Shown here piece by piece: positions 62,977 to 64,000 of a stretch of DNA of 64,000 nt. The translations under genes were made by a program, and so were the position numbers. How positions within the stretch are numbered: the first letter of the stretch is position 1; each line of letters begins with the position of its first letter. Below the pieces are notes generated by a model. That model saw only the letters and a program-made list of their open reading frames with translations, did no database searches and was not told where the DNA came from. This DNA is from Clostridia bacterium (GTDB lineage Bacteria; Bacillota; Clostridia; TANB77; CAG-508): positions 7,872 through 71,871 of the forward strand of contig JAAWMH010000015.1 in the NCBI GenBank assembly GCA_022798335.1, written 5' to 3'.

Positions 62977-64000
62977 CTATGATAAGAATTTCGCCCATCT
63001 GTGGCTGTCCCACCGCCCACGGCAGACTTTCGCTCCTGGAGTAAATGCGGAACCATTCTTAAAGGTAGTCATTTCCGTGGTCCATTCCGTATAATTATCT
63101 CGAAGGTCAGAAATATTACAAACAAAGTCTTCATTTTTCCCACATATTCCAATATTGTCAGCAATCTGTATAGAATAATTTTGAATTTCACTGTAAAGTT
63201 GTATGAATACTAACGCAGTATCCCAGGCATAACTATTTACCAAGTCAGAACTCACAGTCGTGTGATTTGCATAGAGTTTCCTACAATTTTTCATAGCCAA
63301 TTCTGAGTTTCCATTAGATGGCGTTGTGCCAGCTTTTGTTAACCCATTACTTTCTTCGAACCTTCCCAAATAATAGCCCCCAAAATCAATGCTAGATTCC
63401 AAAAAATGTTTTAAATCAGTCGCACTAGAATTACTAGAAGATTCTTGGTAGTAATTGCTAATCGTAACAATCTGCTCATAGTTAAGTGCATTTTGTTCTA
63501 ATGTTGGCGTTCCATTAGTTGTATCAAATGTATATCTTCCTAATGTTATCTTCGTTGATGTATTGTCTTTATTTTTTATTTCTCCTACTGGTACCCATAC
63601 AAATTGATTATCATCGTCATCTGCAATAACTATTCCATCCTGTACACATGGTTTATGATTTGTATCATAATTATAAACTACTTTACTTATTTCTGCACTT
63701 TCTGTTTCATGTGGTAATACTCTAAATCCACCTGGTACCACTACTTTGTTTCCATTTTCATCTTTTACAGTTATTGTTTCTTCTTGCTTTTCTCCTATAA
63801 TATCTGCTACTGTCAATTCTTTTACTGTTACAGTACATATTGCTTCTTTATTACTTCCATCTGTTGCTTCTGCTTTAATCGTTGTTGTTCCGAAGTGCTA
63901 CTCCTGTTATTTCTCCATTTTCATTTACAGTAACTATTGCTTTATCTTCACTTGTCCATTTTAATGTTTTATTAGTTGCATTTTCTGGCAATATCTTTAT
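62977..64000 (-). CDS. surface protein with Big_2 (bacterial Ig-like) domain, 5' end beyond window; about 40% GC; frame broken by a single-C insertion
   Basis: ORF 62977-63816; upstream rc reads ...LKWTSEDKAIVTVNENGEITGVALGTTTIKAEATDGSNKEAICTVTV (Big_2) once C at about 63892 (cttCggaaca) is removed; C-terminal region with RGRWDSHRW (FGE-sulfatase-like?). Confidence 0.55.

Overview
Low-GC (~28%) chromosomal segment from a spore-forming, anaerobic Firmicute (class Clostridia), judged from gene content. The window carries spo0A, yqfC-yqfD, pdaA, two bofA genes, cwlJ/gerQ, a trimeric [FeFe]-hydrogenase operon and CIRCE-regulated groESL. Most genes are on the minus strand. Housekeeping content: HIT protein, a short AlaRS-like gene, mtaB, groESL, pyrG, spo0A, yigZ, rng, pth, recO-yqzL-era, hydCBA, ybeY, dgkA-PAP2 fusion, uvrC, glmS, serS behind a Ser T-box leader, and engB. 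Accessory-like content: a sortase plus an LPRTG surface protein, an OmpR/HK two-component system flanked by two small higher-GC orphan genes, an orphan Phd/YefM antitoxin with a toxin remnant, a complete agr-type quorum-sensing locus (agrA/agrC convergent with agrD/agrB), a higher-GC lipoprotein gene and a higher-GC Big_2 surface protein gene. Two sequence-level signals stand out. (1) A family of about 50-nt hairpin-forming intergenic repeats built from GTCCC[CT]AAA[CA]TGAC units sits directly upstream of the RBS of alaS, rng, hydB, serS and engB. (2) At least 17 single-C insertions lie immediately 5' of an in-frame glycine codon (giving CGG) and split otherwise conserved genes. This is far too systematic for real pseudogenisation and is most likely a sequence or assembly artefact. 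No rRNA, tRNA, CRISPR array, transposase or prophage genes were recognised.
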